A stretch of 61,777 bases of DNA from Candidatus Omnitrophota bacterium (GTDB taxonomy: Bacteria; Omnitrophota; Gorgyraeia; Gygaellales; Profunditerraquicolaceae). The position numbers were made by a program, and so were the translations under genes. Shown in pieces: positions 58,779 through 61,777 of the stretch (positions are counted from its first letter, which is position 1; every line of letters begins with the position of its first letter). The stretch is taken from contig JAZDPH010000035.1 in NCBI GenBank assembly GCA_043797735.1, positions 1 through 61,777 on the forward strand, read 5' to 3'. Under the pieces are notes generated by a model that made no database searches, was not told the origin of the DNA, and worked only from the letters and a program-made list of their open reading frames with translations.

Positions 58779-60055
58779 AGCATTGCTATAAAAAGTCGCT
58801 GTTGGATAACGGTTTGAAGGTAGTTACCTTCAATATGCCCCAGCGGCAGTCTTTGTCTTTGGGTATCTGGATAAAGGCCGGAGGAAGGTTTGAGGATGCC
58901 GCAAATAAAGGCATCTCGCATTTCTTAGAGCATCTGCTTTTTAAGGGGAGCAAAAAATACTCCTGCCGCCGGATCAAGGAGTCTATTGAGGGCATAGGCG
59001 GCTCTCTAAACGCCTTCACCTCTGAAGAACTCACCTGCTATCTTGTAAAATTACCCGCAGTTTACCTGGATTTAGCGCTGGATATTTTATCAGATATGGT
59101 GTTAAATCCCACCCTGCCCGAAGAAGAGGTTGAAAAGGAAAGAACGGTAATACTGGAAGAGATCAAGATGTATAAAGACCTGCCGCAGAGCTACGTCCAT
59201 GACCTTCTTGACGGCCTGCTCTGGCCGGGGCAGCCTCTGGGGATGAGCATCGCCGGGAGCTTTGAGTCGGTAGCCGGCATAAAACAGGGGGATGTCTGTT
59301 TGTTCAGGGAAAGCCATTATACCGCCCCGAATATAGTTATCAGCGCCGCCGGCCGGCTGGAGCATGAGAAACTGCTTGAGAAAATAGGGAAGATATTTTC
59401 TTCCTCTGCCAAGAAGCAATTAAATCAATTCCTGCCGGCTCACGACAAACAGGATAAGCCCCAGCTTAAAATTCTCCATAAAGAAACAGAGCAGTCTCAC
59501 CTGGCGGTCGGTTTCCACAGTTTAAAAAGAGACCATCCCAAAAGATATGCCCTTAGCCTCTTGCACGTAATCTTGGGGGCGAATATGTCCAGCCGCCTTT
59601 TTAATGAAGTAAGGGAGAAAAGGGGCCTGGCTTATCAAATCGGCGCCCAGGTCAGGTTCTTTAAAGATACCGGGGCTTTTATTGTGCATGCCGGCACTGA
59701 TAACCGCAAGGTAGCCGAGGCTGTCGGGGTGATTCTGAAAGAACTGCACAGGGCCAAGGCAGAATTAGTCAGTGATGATGAATTCAAGCGGGCAAAGGAT
59801 TTTTATCTGGGCCAATTAATGCTCTCTCTGGAGGATACTCAGGATCAGATGCTCTGGATCGGCGAGTCCACCGTCAGCCTGGACAGGACATACACCTTAG
59901 AGCAGACCATAGAGGAGATAAACAGGGTAACCCGCCAGGACCTGCGCGAGGTTGCCGCCGGTATATTCAAAGAGGAATTATTGAACCTGGCGCTTATCGG
60001 GCCGCTGGCAGGCAAAGAGGGAGAAATCCAGAAGCAGTTGCATTTAGAGGGATAA
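58775..60055 (+). CDS. M16-family (insulinase-like) zinc peptidase
   Basis: HFLEHLLFKGS (HxxEH) motif; 426 aa with a two-domain layout. Confidence 0.88.
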   Translation: MKHCYKKSLLDNGLKVVTFNMPQRQSLSLGIWIKAGGRFEDAANKGISHFLEHLLFKGSKKYSCRRIKESIEGIGGSLNAFTSEELTCYLVKLPAVYLDLALDILSDMVLNPTLPEEEVEKERTVILEEIKMYKDLPQSYVHDLLDGLLWPGQPLGMSIAGSFESVAGIKQGDVCLFRESHYTAPNIVISAAGRLEHEKLLEKIGKIFSSSAKKQLNQFLPAHDKQDKPQLKILHKETEQSHLAVGFHSLKRDHPKRYALSLLHVILGANMSSRLFNEVREKRGLAYQIGAQVRFFKDTGAFIVHAGTDNRKVAEAVGVILKELHRAKAELVSDDEFKRAKDFYLGQLMLSLEDTQDQMLWIGESTVSLDRTYTLEQTIEEINRVTRQDLREVAAGIFKEELLNLALIGPLAGKEGEIQKQLHLEG

Positions 60056-60064
60056 TCTAAGAAG

Positions 60065-61084
60065 ATGAGTCCTGCACTTTCCTTACCGGTAATACTGGGA
60101 ATAATAATACTGCTTGCGCTCTTTTCCTTTTTCTTTTCCGCTTCAGAAACAGCGATAATCGGCCTGAATAAGCTCCGCCTGCGCCATATGGTTGCCAAGG
60201 GGATTAAGCGCGCCAAAAGCGTCCAGCGGCTCTTAAAGAGGATCGATAAGTTTATCGCCGCCATCCTCATCGGCAATGACTTCGTCAATATCGCTATCTC
60301 CGCCATAATAACCGGCATAGCCGTAGAGTTGCTGGGGTATCACTGGGGGGTAGTTATTGCCACCTTTGTCTCCAGTTCTTTTGTCTTACTCGCCTGCGAG
60401 ATAACCCCCAAGATACTGGCCACCAGGCATCCGGAAAGAGTGGCCCTGTTTACCGCCCCGCTGATGGAGTTTTTCATTAAACTCTTTCGCCCGGTTATCT
60501 TTGTCTTTACTTCAATCAGCAGCCTGATCCTGAAGGCCCTGGGAGTCAAGCCCGCCAAGCATCGTCCCACAGTTACCGAGGAGGAGCTGCGCCTGATGAT
60601 AGAAATCAGCAAAGAAGAAGGGGTGGTAACCGATGAAGAGCGCAGGATGCTGCAGCGCATCTTTGAGTTTGCGGATAAAAGGATAGACGCGGTGATGATG
60701 CCGAGGGAGAAGGTGGTTGCCATAAACGCCAACGTTACTTCAGAGCAGCTGCTGGATATTTTTGTGGAAGAGGGGCATGCGCGCCTGCCGGTTTACAAAG
60801 ATACCACCGATAATATTATCGGCATACTCTATGCGCGGGACCTGCTCTATATATTAAGGGACAAGCAGCTGTTTTTATTAACCGACCTTATCCGCGAGGC
60901 ATATTATGCCCCCAACTCTATGCGGGTGAATGAACTGCTGAAAAAATTCCAGGCGGACAAGATCCATATGGCAATCGTATTGGATGAAAACAAAAAGGCG
61001 GTGGGGCTGGTGACCCTGGAGGACCTGATTGAGGAGATTGTCGGGGAACTGGAGGAGAAGCGCAGCGGCCGGATTAAAAAATAA
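60065..61084 (+). CDS. CNNM/DUF21 membrane protein with CBS pair (CorC/TlyC-like)
   Basis: N-terminal multi-TM DUF21 segment followed by tandem CBS segments (VMMPREKVV, GLVTLEDLIEEIVGE). Confidence 0.88.
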   Translation: MSPALSLPVILGIIILLALFSFFFSASETAIIGLNKLRLRHMVAKGIKRAKSVQRLLKRIDKFIAAILIGNDFVNIAISAIITGIAVELLGYHWGVVIATFVSSSFVLLACEITPKILATRHPERVALFTAPLMEFFIKLFRPVIFVFTSISSLILKALGVKPAKHRPTVTEEELRLMIEISKEEGVVTDEERRMLQRIFEFADKRIDAVMMPREKVVAINANVTSEQLLDIFVEEGHARLPVYKDTTDNIIGILYARDLLYILRDKQLFLLTDLIREAYYAPNSMRVNELLKKFQADKIHMAIVLDENKKAVGLVTLEDLIEEIVGELEEKRSGRIKK

Positions 61085-61087
61085 ACT

Positions 61088-61115
61088 TTGACCGTTTGGG
61101 CTTTATGTGTATAAT
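61088..61115 (+). promoter_or_regulatory. sigma70-like promoter
   Basis: TTGACC (61088-61093), 16 nt, TATAAT (61110-61115), upstream of the small zinc-ribbon gene. Confidence 0.55.
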
Positions 61116-61164
61116 AAGGGGGTAAGAAAGGTAAACCGTACTTATTTAACCAAGGAGGATTATC

Positions 61165-61320
61165 ATGGCAGAGACAGGTTATTGCGTCAAATGCAAGGCC
61201 AAGAAAGAGATGAAGGAAGAGCAGAAGGTTACGATGAAGAACGGCCGCCTGGCGGTAAAGGGAAAATGCCCCGATTGCGGCACCGGGATGTACAAGATTT
61301 TAGGCACGAAAAAATCATAG
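61165..61320 (+). CDS. small zinc-ribbon protein (DUF5679-like), 51 aa
   Basis: Not in the ORF track because it is under 60 aa. AAGGAGG lies at 61152-61158. Translation: MAETGYCVKCKAKKEMKEEQKVTMKNGRLAVKGKCPDCGTGMYKILGTKKS, with two CxxC pairs. Confidence 0.6.
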   Translation: MAETGYCVKCKAKKEMKEEQKVTMKNGRLAVKGKCPDCGTGMYKILGTKKS

Positions 61321-61408
61321 GAGCATACCAATAGAAGCAAAAAAGATAGTACAACATATTGCTGCTGCGGCAAAGAGTAAGAAGGCGCAGAAGGTAGTCA
61401 TACTTGAT

Positions 61409-61681
61409 ATGCGCAAGGTTTGCGCTTTTTGTGATTATTTTGTTATCGCAAGCGGTTCCTCTCTTCGGCAGGTCAATGCCATCGCGGGAGGCATACAAGA
61501 GGCCTTAGGCGCACAGGGGATAAAAACTCTCTCAAAGGCAGCGCCTGATGACGAATCAGGCTGGGTGGTTTTAGATTTCGTTTCCGCCGTAGTGCACGTA
61601 TTCTATAAACCGACGAGAGAGCTTTATTCTTTAGAGCGCCTCTGGCACGATGCAAAAAGAGTCAGAGTTTCCATCCCTTGA
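61409..61681 (+). CDS. rsfS: ribosome silencing factor RsfS (true start probably upstream)
   Basis: DYFVIASG.S.RQV.AIA and WVVLDF..VVVHVF motifs. Family-like sequence (IVQHIAAAAKSKKAQKVVILD) continues in frame upstream to about 61325, without an ATG, GTG or TTG. Confidence 0.85.
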   Translation: MRKVCAFCDYFVIASGSSLRQVNAIAGGIQEALGAQGIKTLSKAAPDDESGWVVLDFVSAVVHVFYKPTRELYSLERLWHDAKRVRVSIP

Positions 61682-61777
61682 AGAAAAATATCCAAGATAC
61701 GTTTATATCCGCGATAAAAGACTCCGTCAGGCGGCTTAAGCTGGATGAGTCCGCCTTGGGAGCCCTCTATTTAGATT
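61678..61777 (+). CDS. 5' end of an unidentified CDS running off the window
   Basis: The frame is open from TTG 61678, which overlaps the rsfS stop, to the window end (LKKNIQDTFISAIKDSVRRLKLDESALGALYLD). It is too short to name. Confidence 0.3.
   Translation, partial: MKKNIQDTFISAIKDSVRRLKLDESALGALYLD

Noticed and set aside
61107-61334. 75-aa ORF from the track (MYNKGVRKVNRTYL...), plus minus-strand ORFs 61179-61373 and 61229-61498
   Set aside because: A different frame contains a 51-aa zinc-ribbon ORF with a consensus RBS and two CxxC pairs. The track ORF has an Arg/Gly/Glu-rich off-frame composition.

Overview
The window is a gene-dense 61.8-kb bacterial chromosomal segment. It looks like an uncultivated anaerobe; I cannot assign a taxon from sequence alone. 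All ~63 credible CDS lie on the + strand. Most are housekeeping genes: tig-clpP, serine biosynthesis, purA, GH57 glycogen genes, uppS-cdsA-dxr-rseP-ispG-proS, rimP-nusA-infB, trpS, scpA, ruvB, lepB, queH/queA/tgt, trmD-rplS-rnhB, polA, glgA, coaE, rho-rpmE-prfA-prmC-murA and trpGDC/FBA. I recognised no rRNA, tRNA or CRISPR array. Six things stand out. (1) A Wood-Ljungdahl cluster (fchA-like, folD, metF, acsB) in which acsB carries a 466-aa LAGLIDADG intein placed immediately before the first Cys of the Cys-Gly-Cys Ni-binding motif of the A-cluster. The acsB reading frame also has a 114-aa in-frame N-terminal extension, and a RelE/ParE-RHH toxin-antitoxin pair follows it. (2) A 2.2-kb AT-rich islet splits the trp operon between trpC and trpF. 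It holds duplicated terminator-promoter-leader modules, two small secreted Cys-containing proteins, and an ORF6N gene bracketed by a 14-nt direct repeat. (3) A 69-nt inverted repeat (2 mismatches) brackets a three-gene block (PIG-L deacetylase, queH, SpoIID-like). (4) Nearly every operon boundary carries a long hairpin whose arms are degenerate tandem short words, with a different word at different loci. (5) A ~50-nt palindromic element sits in frame inside two unrelated genes (prmC and the SpoIID-like gene). (6) Two variant aminoacyl-tRNA synthetases are present: a ProRS lacking the INS editing domain and a TrpRS with a Cys-cluster. All functional calls rest on my reading of the translations; no database search was run.
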